Source: a virus
Taxonomy: Duplodnaviria; Caudoviricetes
Virus record (IMG/VR): IMGVR_UViG_3300027708_000016
Direction: 5' to 3' (one strand)
DNA length: 64,000 nucleotides
Shown here piece after piece: positions 25,807 through 35,651 of this stretch. Position 1 is the first letter of the stretch, and each line of letters starts with the position of its first letter. The position numbers and the translations under genes are program-made. Under the pieces are notes generated by a model. That model ran no database searches. It worked only from the letters and a program-made list of their open reading frames with translations, and was not told the origin of the DNA.

Positions 25807-28800
25807 TTAACTTGTTAAATCACCAAATACAACCCATTGAGATCCAGTATAAAGTAAAGTTGCCGCAGAATATGGTACGGCAGTTTTATTAAATCCATAT
25901 GCATGATTAACTGTTGTGTTATAACCAGAAAGATAAATTTGACCACTACCAAGTTGTAAAAGTGTTGTTTGGAATCCTGATGGGTAGTTTGTCCCATTAA
26001 CAATAGCAGTTAACATTGAACTATTTGTCGATGCAATTATACCACCTGTATCACTATTTTTAATCTCATAACGAGTTCCGCTTTGGGTATTTATGGAATT
26101 TTGAATTATTAAAACTCCACTTACAACTAAGTTTTCAACAAAAGTTGTATTGTTTTGTGTAGCTGTAATACCAGAACCTAATATGTTTACATTTTTAAAA
26201 CTATTATCTTTGTTATTACAACCGCCTAGGATAACTGAATAGTTTCCTGAAGCTGTATTACATTTGCCACCGCCAATAAAAGAATAACATCCAGAAACTG
26301 TGTTACGTGCACCACCTACTATAGAGTTTCCTACTACATAAGTACCAGTATAACCTAAACAATTACAAAAACCTCCACCGATAAAATTACTATCAGTTCT
26401 GTAATAGTCGATAGTGTTACAGTATCCTCCAACAATAGCACTATTACAAGCTTTATTAGTGTTATTACAACCACCTACAATAATAGAATAACACGTTGAT
26501 AAACCACCTCCCCCAATAATGTTATTATAGCCTGAACCAATAAAACTAAAAAATGTATAACCGCTCATCGAATTAGCAGAACCTGAAACTACTGTTGTAT
26601 TACATCCTTTTCCTATACTATTTGAAGATCCATTACCTATAAAAGCACAATTATTTCCATATATTGCATTATTATACCCACCTGTAATAACAGCATATTG
26701 AGGCACACCAGCAGAGCCAGCAGCAATAACATTACAACCCAAAACGGGTGCTATAGCACCTATATAAGCATCCGTATAAGCGCATACGTAACAATAAGGA
26801 GAGTTTGCTATAGGGCCGACAATATTATTAGCATAAATTGTACCGATTGTACTAAGATTATTAACATATGTAAAGTTAGCTTGAGAGGCGTTTAAGTTAG
26901 ATCCTAAAATAAATGTATTAGCAAATCCTTTTGTATCATTACAACAACCACCAGCAATAAAATTATATTTACCAGAAATATTATTATTATATCCATTAAT
27001 TACACTTGAGTAATCTGCTTGTTCATAAATACCATTAATAGTATTACAAGATCCGTTACCAATAAAAACTTTGTTACCATTGTTGGTAACGTTACGTTCA
27101 CCACCAACAATAGTTGTATATGTGCTGTTACAAATAGCTGAATTACATTTTCCATTACCGATAAATGAATTGTTTGAACCGTTACAAATGCAATTTAAGA
27201 AACCACCAGCTATAGTTGAACAAACTGATGCATCTATAAGATTGTTAGAACCCCCATTTATGTTACTATAATTAGTATTTATGGTATTTTGCTTTCCACC
27301 ACTTATATTCGCATAACCAATATAGTTACAAATACAATTATTAGAACCACCTAATATTGATGAATTGTAACCAGAAATTGTATTACTGTTTCCACCGCCT
27401 ATAAAACTATAATGGTTAGTACCTACTGCATTTATTGCATTTGCACATCCTGTAACTATACCTGAACTACATGAAGCATTAGAAATGATATTATTGCACC
27501 CACCAAGAATAACCGAATAATTTGAAGCAGTATCTGTTATTGAATTTGAACCACTTAAGAAAATAACAGATGCTGCTGTGTTTGGTGCATATCCATATAT
27601 ACTATTAGCTGCTACAACTGAACCTAATCCCGTGATACGAGAACCATCACCGTAAAATCCACCTGTTGCGCAGATTGTAGCACCACAAACAGAGGTTGTT
27701 CCGCAGATTTTTGGTGAACTAACCATTGTTGAACTACAAATATTATTTGATGCACAAACATAACCCGTTGAACAAACTAATCCCGTACAAACAGAAGTTG
27801 TACCACAAATATTATTACCGCCTATATTGCCAGTTGCGCATACATTACCAGTTGAGCAAACTAATCCTGTACAAACTGAATTTAAAGCGCACAGATAATT
27901 TCCACACATGCTACCACCACAAACTGTTGGAGCACACACACAATTTCCACCATAGACATTTGATCCACAAACGTTACCCTGTGAACAAATGTTATTTACA
28001 TATGTATAATTTGCAGTTGGTGCAGTTATGTTGCAACCTAAAATAAAAGTGTAATCCTTGTTGTTTGTATTATTAGCACTACCAGCTGCAATAAAAGAAT
28101 AGCGACCAGATGAAGAATTATAACCACTTACTGGTTGAATGGAACTATTTGCTCCATATTTATATATACTGTTAGCAGCAATAATATTTCCTAATCCTGT
28201 TAACCCTGAACCGTTTCCATAAAAACCACCCGTTGCGCAAATTGTGTTACCACACACGGATGTTGATCCACAGATGGAAGGTGAGCAAACACTTGTTGAA
28301 CCGCAGATGGAAGGTGAGCAAATTGTTGTTGCTCCACAAATATTATTACCACAAAGATTACTTGAGGCGCAAATATTTCCACCATAAACGGAATTTGATC
28401 CACAAATAGAAGGTGAACATACAGAGGATTGACCACAAATATTATATCCAAATATCGAACCTGTTGAGCAAACGTTACCAGAGCATACATTATTGGTTGC
28501 ACATAAAAGTTGTGTGCATACGCTATTTGTTGCACATAAACTTATACCACAAATTGCATTCTGTGAGGAAAGATTATTAACATATGTATAATTTGGAGTG
28601 GTTGCTGTTATGTTACAACCTAATATAAATGCATATGCTGCTCCGTTTACATTGTTTGCAGAACCACCAACTATAGTTGAATATAACCCAGAATTTGTAT
28701 TAAATCCACTAATTGGTAAAATTGATCCAGTAACAGTACCTGTTTTATAAACTGAATTGGCAGCAACTATATTATTAAGACCAGTGATGTTTGAACCATC

Positions 28801-29535
28801 ACCATATAAAACACCACAAACACTTTTTCCACAAATTGTAGAACCACAAACATAACCTTGTGAACTAATATTGTTTACATAGGTATAGTTTGCAGCAGGT
28901 GATGTTATATTGCAACCTAAAATAAATGTATTATTATATGATGTATAGTTTGCACTACCAGCAGCAATAAATGAATTAATACCAGTATTACAGTTTGAAC
29001 AACCTCCTACTATTGTTGCTCCTGTATTACATGCTGAATTACGGGAACCACCCCCCACAAAAGATCCTGTACCATATGTACTATTTGAATTACCACCAAC
29101 AATTGTTGATTGTTGACCACAATTGCAATTGCATTTACCACCACCAATAAACCCCTGAGAACATCTTGTTATGTTACAACAACCACCAACAATAGCACTA
29201 CTTATACCGTTTACGTTATTACAATATCCTCCAGATATGGTTGTATAAACATTATTTGCATTATTGCAACTTCCACCACCAACATGTGCACAACTTGCTA
29301 ATGCGTTGTTACAAGTTCCACCACCCAGAGTGGCATAACTACCAGAAATAGTATTGTTTCCACTTACTGCAACGATACCAGTTTGACCGTTTCCATCATA
29401 TTTATATGGTGAAGTACCACCACCGCCACCTCCAGAGTTTGGTACATTTGTTAAATATGATGCATCTCCATATATAAAACCAACAGAACTGATTGTTCCT
29501 GTAACTGTTAAATTATCTAAAAGGTTAATTGACAT
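25807..29535 (-). CDS. Long tail-fibre/adhesin-like protein with GGxxN beta-helix repeats and two Cys-ladder blocks
   Basis: Many (I/F)xGGxxN repeats; Cys every 5-6 residues in two blocks; TAAATA 9 nt upstream. Confidence 0.8.
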   Translation of the reverse strand: MSINLLDNLTVTGTISSVGFIYGDASYLTNVPNSGGGGGGTSPYKYDGNGQTGIVAVSGNNTISGSYATLGGGTCNNALASCAHVGGGSCNNANNVYTTISGGYCNNVNGISSAIVGGCCNITRCSQGFIGGGKCNCNCGQQSTIVGGNSNSTYGTGSFVGGGSRNSACNTGATIVGGCSNCNTGINSFIAAGSANYTSYNNTFILGCNITSPAANYTYVNNISSQGYVCGSTICGKSVCGVLYGDGSNITGLNNIVAANSVYKTGTVTGSILPISGFNTNSGLYSTIVGGSANNVNGAAYAFILGCNITATTPNYTYVNNLSSQNAICGISLCATNSVCTQLLCATNNVCSGNVCSTGSIFGYNICGQSSVCSPSICGSNSVYGGNICASSNLCGNNICGATTICSPSICGSTSVCSPSICGSTSVCGNTICATGGFYGNGSGLTGLGNIIAANSIYKYGANSSIQPVSGYNSSSGRYSFIAAGSANNTNNKDYTFILGCNITAPTANYTYVNNICSQGNVCGSNVYGGNCVCAPTVCGGSMCGNYLCALNSVCTGLVCSTGNVCATGNIGGNNICGTTSVCTGLVCSTGYVCASNNICSSTMVSSPKICGTTSVCGATICATGGFYGDGSRITGLGSVVAANSIYGYAPNTAASVIFLSGSNSITDTASNYSVILGGCNNIISNASCSSGIVTGCANAINAVGTNHYSFIGGGNSNTISGYNSSILGGSNNCICNYIGYANISGGKQNTINTNYSNINGGSNNLIDASVCSTIAGGFLNCICNGSNNSFIGNGKCNSAICNSTYTTIVGGERNVTNNGNKVFIGNGSCNTINGIYEQADYSSVINGYNNNISGKYNFIAGGCCNDTKGFANTFILGSNLNASQANFTYVNNLSTIGTIYANNIVGPIANSPYCYVCAYTDAYIGAIAPVLGCNVIAAGSAGVPQYAVITGGYNNAIYGNNCAFIGNGSSNSIGKGCNTTVVSGSANSMSGYTFFSFIGSGYNNIIGGGGLSTCYSIIVGGCNNTNKACNSAIVGGYCNTIDYYRTDSNFIGGGFCNCLGYTGTYVVGNSIVGGARNTVSGCYSFIGGGKCNTASGNYSVILGGCNNKDNSFKNVNILGSGITATQNNTTFVENLVVSGVLIIQNSINTQSGTRYEIKNSDTGGIIASTNSSMLTAIVNGTNYPSGFQTTLLQLGSGQIYLSGYNTTVNHAYGFNKTAVPYSAATLLYTGSQWVVFGDLTS

Positions 29536-29547
29536 ATTATTATATAT

Positions 29548-32169
29548 TTATCCCATTACAACAATTCTATAAGAGTTTGTACTTGGGGCTACATTGAAAG
29601 AAAGACTGACAGTTGTTGTGCTGATATTTGCTATTGTTGGCATCACTACCACATAGCTTCCATTATTACTATAAACTTGTGTAATAACATCTTGAGTTCC
29701 TAAGTTATGTTGAAAGTTAAATACACTATTATAATTGTCACCAATTGATGTTACTGCTTTTTTAACAGTTCCTGATCCACCATTAATGTTACCTCCACTA
29801 AATGCACTTGCAGCGAAGAAGACGTTTGCATAAACATTTCCAGTTGCGCTAATGTCTCCAACAATTGTTAATGTTTTTATTGGTGTTTGTGTTCCGACAC
29901 CAATATTACCACCAGAAGTAATAGATAAGATAGAATTATTACCGATACCGTTATTATAAATACTAATCCCATCATTAGCACCAACGCTAATTCTTCCTTT
30001 ACCTGTAACGTAATCTATTACAATGCCATCATTATATGTTGATGAATATGCACTATTTGCTAAGAATCCAGTATTAGAATTTATTAAATTTCCATAAACC
30101 GAATTAGCAGAAACATTACCATAAAGATTTCCATAAATTGAATTAGCAGAAACATTACCATAAAAATTTCCGTAAATTGAATTAGCAGAAACATTACCAT
30201 AAAGGTTACCATAAAGGTTACCATAAAGATTACCAAGAGAACTTAAATTATTTACATAAGTTAAGTTTGTTTGACTTGCAATAATGTTACTTCCCAAAAT
30301 AAACGTGTTATCAACCCCATTTATGTTATTGCCCGTACCAGCGGCAATAAATGAATATTGACCAGATCCAACATTTGATCCACTAACGGGAATTATACTT
30401 CCACTAAGACTTCCATATTTATAGGGAATGTTTCCTGCTAAAGTTGCAAACAAGTTTGTTAATCCTGAACCATCACCTGTAAATTTTGCACCAATAAAAT
30501 TATTTGCATAAACACTATCTTGGGAACTTATGTTGTTAACATATGTGAAGTTTGACTGTGATGCTGACAAGTTAGACCCAAGAATAAATGTGTTTGGTAA
30601 AACCGTATAGTTTGAGCTACCTGCTGCAACATATGAATATAATCCACTTGATGTGTTATTGAATCCACCACCAACAACAGAAAAACTATTGCAAGCATTA
30701 TTAAAGCAACCTCCACCAATTGTTGAAAAACAACCACTGCTGTTATTGCACGATCCGCCATTTACAACGGAAAATTTTCCATAAGATGTATTGATACCAC
30801 TTACTGGCATTATAGATGATGGAAGATTTCCAATTCTATATGGGCTTCCACTGACCGTAGTTGTTAACCCTGTTAAGTTTGAAGCATCTCCGTAAAATAT
30901 ACCAGATATGTTTACTCCATAAATAGAACCTTGAGAACTTAAATTGTTTACGATAGTAAAATTGTTAAGATTGGTAGTAATATTGGAACCAATCGCAAAG
31001 GTATTAGTTCCAGAAACCGAATTGTTTCTACCACCTAATATACCAGAATAATTAGAATATGTTAAGTTTCCAGTTCCTCCACCTATGACAGAATATTTTC
31101 CTTGTCCGTTATTACTCAATCCACCACCGACAACTGCGTATAATCCATTGGTTTCATTGTATTCACCTCCACCAATTGTTGAAAAGTTTGCAGAAGTTTG
31201 TGTAATATTACCAACACCACCATCAATGTTTGAGTATAATGCATTGGCAACGTTACTGTTACCACCACCAATATTTGCTCCTGCTGCACTTGCTAAATTT
31301 GAACCACTAACAGGAATAATTGATGCAACACCAACACCATATTTATAAACTAAATAATTTGAATTTGTTCCACCCGTACTTTTTATGTTACCGTAAATAT
31401 TTCCAGCATAAATGTCACCATTTGTGCTAAGGTTATTAACGTAAGTAAAATTAGCAGATAATGCATTGAGCTTTGAACCCAATATAAATACATTGTTATA
31501 GTTGCAGGTGTTATTGTTACATCCACCAGCAATAAAGGAACAGGCACTATTAATGGTATTAGAATAACCACCACCTATAACCGAATAGCAATTTGAAAGG
31601 GTATTGTGACATCCACCAAGAATAGCTGATCTACACCCTAATACACAATTACTCATTCCACCCGCAATAGTGGAATCATAACCAGATAGATTTATGTAAT
31701 TTGTATTACCTCCGTTAATTACTGAACCCGGACCGTAATTACAATTATTATGTCCACCTGTTATTGTAGCGTAAAAACCAGATGCCGTATTGCAAGTTCC
31801 ACCAACAATTATATTAGTGGAATTGTAATTTTTGTTACAGCTACCCCCAAGTATACTTGCATAATTAACGGTAGTATTATTACAACCTACATTTAAATTG
31901 TTAGCAACGTAAACTGTTCCATTTTGGATGTATAAATTATTAGAACCTGTTACTGCTCTTGACGAAAGATAAGAAGTATTTGTTGCTAAGACAGGAAAAT
32001 AATATGGTACGGTTGCCTGTGTTGTTGCAGTTCCAGTAGGATACCCCAAACTAGGTTCAACAGAGTCTAAACTTATAAAATTATATTGATAAGAGTTTCT
32101 CTGTAAATCTGTTGCAGTTAAAGATTTTAACTGAACTAAGTTACCTATTGTTTGATGGTAGGACTGCAT
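29548..32169 (-). CDS. Tail-fibre/adhesin-like protein with GGxxN repeats
   Basis: GGxxN repeats, GIGTxTP-like VGTQTP linker, C-terminal FQHNLGTQDVITQVY domain. Confidence 0.8.
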   Translation of the reverse strand: MQSYHQTIGNLVQLKSLTATDLQRNSYQYNFISLDSVEPSLGYPTGTATTQATVPYYFPVLATNTSYLSSRAVTGSNNLYIQNGTVYVANNLNVGCNNTTVNYASILGGSCNKNYNSTNIIVGGTCNTASGFYATITGGHNNCNYGPGSVINGGNTNYINLSGYDSTIAGGMSNCVLGCRSAILGGCHNTLSNCYSVIGGGYSNTINSACSFIAGGCNNNTCNYNNVFILGSKLNALSANFTYVNNLSTNGDIYAGNIYGNIKSTGGTNSNYLVYKYGVGVASIIPVSGSNLASAAGANIGGGNSNVANALYSNIDGGVGNITQTSANFSTIGGGEYNETNGLYAVVGGGLSNNGQGKYSVIGGGTGNLTYSNYSGILGGRNNSVSGTNTFAIGSNITTNLNNFTIVNNLSSQGSIYGVNISGIFYGDASNLTGLTTTVSGSPYRIGNLPSSIMPVSGINTSYGKFSVVNGGSCNNSSGCFSTIGGGCFNNACNSFSVVGGGFNNTSSGLYSYVAAGSSNYTVLPNTFILGSNLSASQSNFTYVNNISSQDSVYANNFIGAKFTGDGSGLTNLFATLAGNIPYKYGSLSGSIIPVSGSNVGSGQYSFIAAGTGNNINGVDNTFILGSNIIASQTNLTYVNNLSSLGNLYGNLYGNLYGNVSANSIYGNFYGNVSANSIYGNLYGNVSANSVYGNLINSNTGFLANSAYSSTYNDGIVIDYVTGKGRISVGANDGISIYNNGIGNNSILSITSGGNIGVGTQTPIKTLTIVGDISATGNVYANVFFAASAFSGGNINGGSGTVKKAVTSIGDNYNSVFNFQHNLGTQDVITQVYSNNGSYVVVMPTIANISTTTVSLSFNVAPSTNSYRIVVMG
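30088..30234. repeat. In-frame tandem repeats: 39-bp x3 plus 12-bp x3 (GNLY / GNVSANS(I/V)Y)
   Basis: gaattagcagaaacattaccata occurs three times; ttaccataaag units are repeated. Confidence 0.85.
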
Positions 32170-32177
32170 TGTTTATA

Positions 32178-32525
32178 TTATTGTATATTAACAGATTCTA
32201 ATACTGATAATGTTATGTTGACAGCAGAATTGTTATTTGATGTTATAATAAATGAATCGTTATATCCTAATACTAATTTATTTAAAACAACATTAGTTGT
32301 GTCATTAGGTGGTAATTGCAAATTCTTAACAATGTCAAAAAAACTACCCGCAGTTCCAACCGAAGACAATGAAATAGTTACAGTTTGTGCCGAATTTGTT
32401 AAATTTGATGCCAAAGCAGTAATAATAATTCCTGCCCTTTGGAAAGGTACTGTGTAAACAGTAGATGGTGTTGTTGTTACTGCTTGAGTTACTCTTCTAA
32501 AATAATTTAAGGGTATATTTGCCAT
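32178..32525 (-). CDS. Small beta-sandwich structural protein
   Basis: 115 aa; VYTVP...LASNLT...LQLPPND...KLVLG..DS pattern typical of myovirus fibre-associated proteins. Confidence 0.7.
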   Translation of the reverse strand: MANIPLNYFRRVTQAVTTTPSTVYTVPFQRAGIIITALASNLTNSAQTVTISLSSVGTAGSFFDIVKNLQLPPNDTTNVVLNKLVLGYNDSFIITSNNNSAVNITLSVLESVNIQ

Positions 32526-32540
32526 ATGTGTTTAATATAT

Positions 32541-34280
32541 TTACTCCAATGCAATGGTTAATGGGGTGACCAATGTTAAGATTGATTTTTTAAAAGTATC
32601 TCCCTCGATAGTTCCAGTACTTTGAACAATTTCAAAGCTGGGTCCTACCTTAAAATTACCCTTTTCGTTTGAACTTGTGTAGTACACAATGCCTGGTGCA
32701 TTGGAATCGAATAAGCCGTCAAATACCACCTCATTATCATTGTTAACCTGACCACCAAACGCAGGTAAAGCAGATAGAATAACCGTTCCAGTTCCCATGT
32801 ATTCAAATGTATGAGAACCTGTTGCAATAATACTTCTTGCATAAAATAAAACTTGTGAACCATAATAAGCAGAAAGATCATTTGGTAAATTTGCATCTAA
32901 TGTTATCTGGTATTGTGAATTACTAATTTTTGTTACTGGTTGATTTACAAAGAAGTTATTTAAATCTGTTGAATTTGTTAATGGATTAACTTGATTTATT
33001 CTTAATCCCGCAATATTAAAACATGTACCCACATAAGGAACAGTACAAATATACTGAACATCATTATTGTTGCCAACATTAACTGGTAGTGCTACTGGAT
33101 TGTTTATTATGAATTTATTATCACCTGGCGTGAATGCTCCAAATGTACCGCTTAAAATTGGAACAGTTGATTTACCTCTAGCAACTAATCCCGAAAGACC
33201 AAACGTGCAGTTTGATGTACTGATGGAGCAAGTGGCTCCATTTTCAACCAAAATTCCTTCGGTTGTGCATACAGTAAACGTACTAACAAACTGTGCATAT
33301 GCATGATTTAAAAGATGTACACCTTTACCTCCTTGGTTAACCTGTGTGAAAGAGTCGATAACCATACTTTTAATTTTCCCATCCACTAAACTACCATCAA
33401 TTCTCATTCCGCACCCTGCATCAAATGCACCATTTTGATTTGGAAAATCTGATGACGTTGCGTAAGACGTACAACCTTGTGTGTATGGACTTACGATAAT
33501 ATTTGGACGAGCAGTTGGTGGGGTGATGGTACAATCTATAAAGTTTGATTGTGCATCAGTATAAGTGTAAGAATAAGCATTATCAAATGAGCCACTAGTT
33601 ATATAACTGACATAGCCATTGTTTTTAGTATTAAGAGGAAATGCAACAGCTGCTGATGGACTTTTATGTCCTCTAAATGTTATACCCCAAATGTAACAAG
33701 CATTATTTACCCAAAATATATCCATTGTGGAATTAGCTGGTCTTATGGATACTCTTCTTAAATTGTCACCGATTACAGATGTATTAGGAGGAAGATATAA
33801 TGGGTTAGCTTCGGTGTAATCTCCTGATTTTACAAAAATTGTATATTGTTTTTTAACTGCATTTGTATCATTTGCTTGCAACTGTGCAATCTTAGCACAA
33901 GCTTTTTTAATTGTTGCATAAGGCAGATCTTCGTTTCTACCTCTGCTTGGAAAGTTTGTAGGATCATCAAAATCAGAAGCATCTGTGTTTTGGGCAACGT
34001 ACAGACAATAATTAATTGTTGTAGGATTTGTCTGTAAATAGTTTAATAAATTTGTAACAGTAATTTTACCCGTTTCTATACTGGGGTTATTTAACGTTAA
34101 AGGTAGGTATTGATTATTTGGATCATCTACCGAAGTAACATTAGGCAACAATGGAATACCCTCACTAATTAATTGTAGCGGAGCTATCTGTCTGGTTATA
34201 TCTTGTTCTATTGGAAGTCGATCAGCATTAGGATCTACTGGTATAGAAAAAGGTAAATTTTTTATTTTGATATATGACAT
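32541..34280 (-). CDS. Pectin-lyase-like beta-helix tail spike/structural protein
   Basis: PYATIKKA...TIFVKSGDYTE..P..LPPNTSVIGDNLRRVSIRP; SHTFEYMGTG; TATAAATA 6 nt upstream. Confidence 0.75.
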   Translation of the reverse strand: MSYIKIKNLPFSIPVDPNADRLPIEQDITRQIAPLQLISEGIPLLPNVTSVDDPNNQYLPLTLNNPSIETGKITVTNLLNYLQTNPTTINYCLYVAQNTDASDFDDPTNFPSRGRNEDLPYATIKKACAKIAQLQANDTNAVKKQYTIFVKSGDYTEANPLYLPPNTSVIGDNLRRVSIRPANSTMDIFWVNNACYIWGITFRGHKSPSAAVAFPLNTKNNGYVSYITSGSFDNAYSYTYTDAQSNFIDCTITPPTARPNIIVSPYTQGCTSYATSSDFPNQNGAFDAGCGMRIDGSLVDGKIKSMVIDSFTQVNQGGKGVHLLNHAYAQFVSTFTVCTTEGILVENGATCSISTSNCTFGLSGLVARGKSTVPILSGTFGAFTPGDNKFIINNPVALPVNVGNNNDVQYICTVPYVGTCFNIAGLRINQVNPLTNSTDLNNFFVNQPVTKISNSQYQITLDANLPNDLSAYYGSQVLFYARSIIATGSHTFEYMGTGTVILSALPAFGGQVNNDNEVVFDGLFDSNAPGIVYYTSSNEKGNFKVGPSFEIVQSTGTIEGDTFKKSILTLVTPLTIALE

Positions 34281-34312
34281 TTAAAATATTTATAGGCAAA
34301 AGTTGCAATTTT

Positions 34313-34993
34313 CTAAGATATTGTTGATGATAGCGTATTAACTGTTGCAAAAGGAATAAATGTGTTTATCTCATCTATCTCATATTCGTTGAAATTGATG
34401 CTTATCAAACCTAAATTATTGAAATCATTTCTTATTATAAATGACATATTAAATATGTTGGTATCGGAGTTATAAGTTAATTTTGGATCTTCTTTTTTAC
34501 CATTTGTATTACTCCAACCAGATGGTGATATCAAATTAAGTGTTATTGTATTATTTAAATAACTTGTTGTTTGTGAGGTTTTTATATCAAAAGAATTAAA
34601 ATAAAATGAAAATATTATATTTGATGAATTTGTACCAGCAAGTTGATTGAACCCGCAATAATATACAAGTTTTTTACTTTCACTAAACCAATAATCTATG
34701 TTAAGATAAGTGTTTGGTACAAAAGAATTAAATTGAGTAAATGGTTGAATATCAGATCCATTTACCACAATTTTTTCAAATGCATAACCACTACTAGTTT
34801 GGATAAAAAAAGAATCATAAAAGGTATCAAACTTAATTATGTTATTTGAATTTAAATCATAAAAGAATTTTTTATTAGTATTCTTATATTTTATGAATAC
34901 AGAGGATAATGCCAAATTAGCAGGAAGAACGGTGTTGGTTATATTTCTTAACCATAAATTACCTGCTGAATGACTTTGATTATATGTATTCAT
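34313..34993 (-). CDS. Hypothetical structural-region protein
   Basis: 226-aa ORF in the co-oriented tail cluster. Confidence 0.75.
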   Translation of the reverse strand: MNTYNQSHSAGNLWLRNITNTVLPANLALSSVFIKYKNTNKKFFYDLNSNNIIKFDTFYDSFFIQTSSGYAFEKIVVNGSDIQPFTQFNSFVPNTYLNIDYWFSESKKLVYYCGFNQLAGTNSSNIIFSFYFNSFDIKTSQTTSYLNNTITLNLISPSGWSNTNGKKEDPKLTYNSDTNIFNMSFIIRNDFNNLGLISINFNEYEIDEINTFIPFATVNTLSSTIS

Positions 34994-34994
34994 A

Positions 34995-35630
34995 TTATGG
35001 ATATGTTTGTGTTATATATGTACCAGAATCAGGGTTAACTGGATTTGGTTGAAAATCAATATTTTTGATATCAAGGTTTGTGTTATTGAATTTATTTGCA
35101 AATGGAGAAACAAGATTATAAGGTCTACTTAATTGACTTGCTGTGATTTGTTGTTTTGGTATTGGTTTCCATTTTACCAATGACATTAAAATATTGTTAG
35201 GATTTTGTGTTTCAAACGTATACAAAATTTGATTATCTGCTCCAAACATTCTTGTCTTTATTAGGTGAACTTCATTAAATAATTTATTAATACCTTGATC
35301 TAAAGAAGGGTTTTGTAAATTTAAATTTATAGTAAAACTAGATGGTTTACTTTCTCCAAATAAATATATATTAATTGTTATTATGTAAACTGAAAGCTTT
35401 GAATTTTTTGAAACAAAATTTTTTGTTTTTGGATAATTTTTAGGATCACCATTTATGTTTGGATCTGGTTTAAATGTTTGAGAGTCCATCGAACCATCAC
35501 CCCAAATATAATCAATTTGTCTTATTTTTTTATTTAAAGACAAATTTAAAGGATTAATTGTTAATGTATAAGGAGCAAAAGAATTAATTGTTTGATTTGC
35601 AATCGATACAGATGAACTATAAGGAGACAT
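34995..35630 (-). CDS. PKD-like beta-sandwich protein
   Basis: IDYIWGDGS motif. Confidence 0.7.
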   Translation of the reverse strand: MSPYSSSVSIANQTINSFAPYTLTINPLNLSLNKKIRQIDYIWGDGSMDSQTFKPDPNINGDPKNYPKTKNFVSKNSKLSVYIITINIYLFGESKPSSFTINLNLQNPSLDQGINKLFNEVHLIKTRMFGADNQILYTFETQNPNNILMSLVKWKPIPKQQITASQLSRPYNLVSPFANKFNNTNLDIKNIDFQPNPVNPDSGTYITQTYP

Positions 35631-35651
35631 TATAATATAATTATCCTATTT

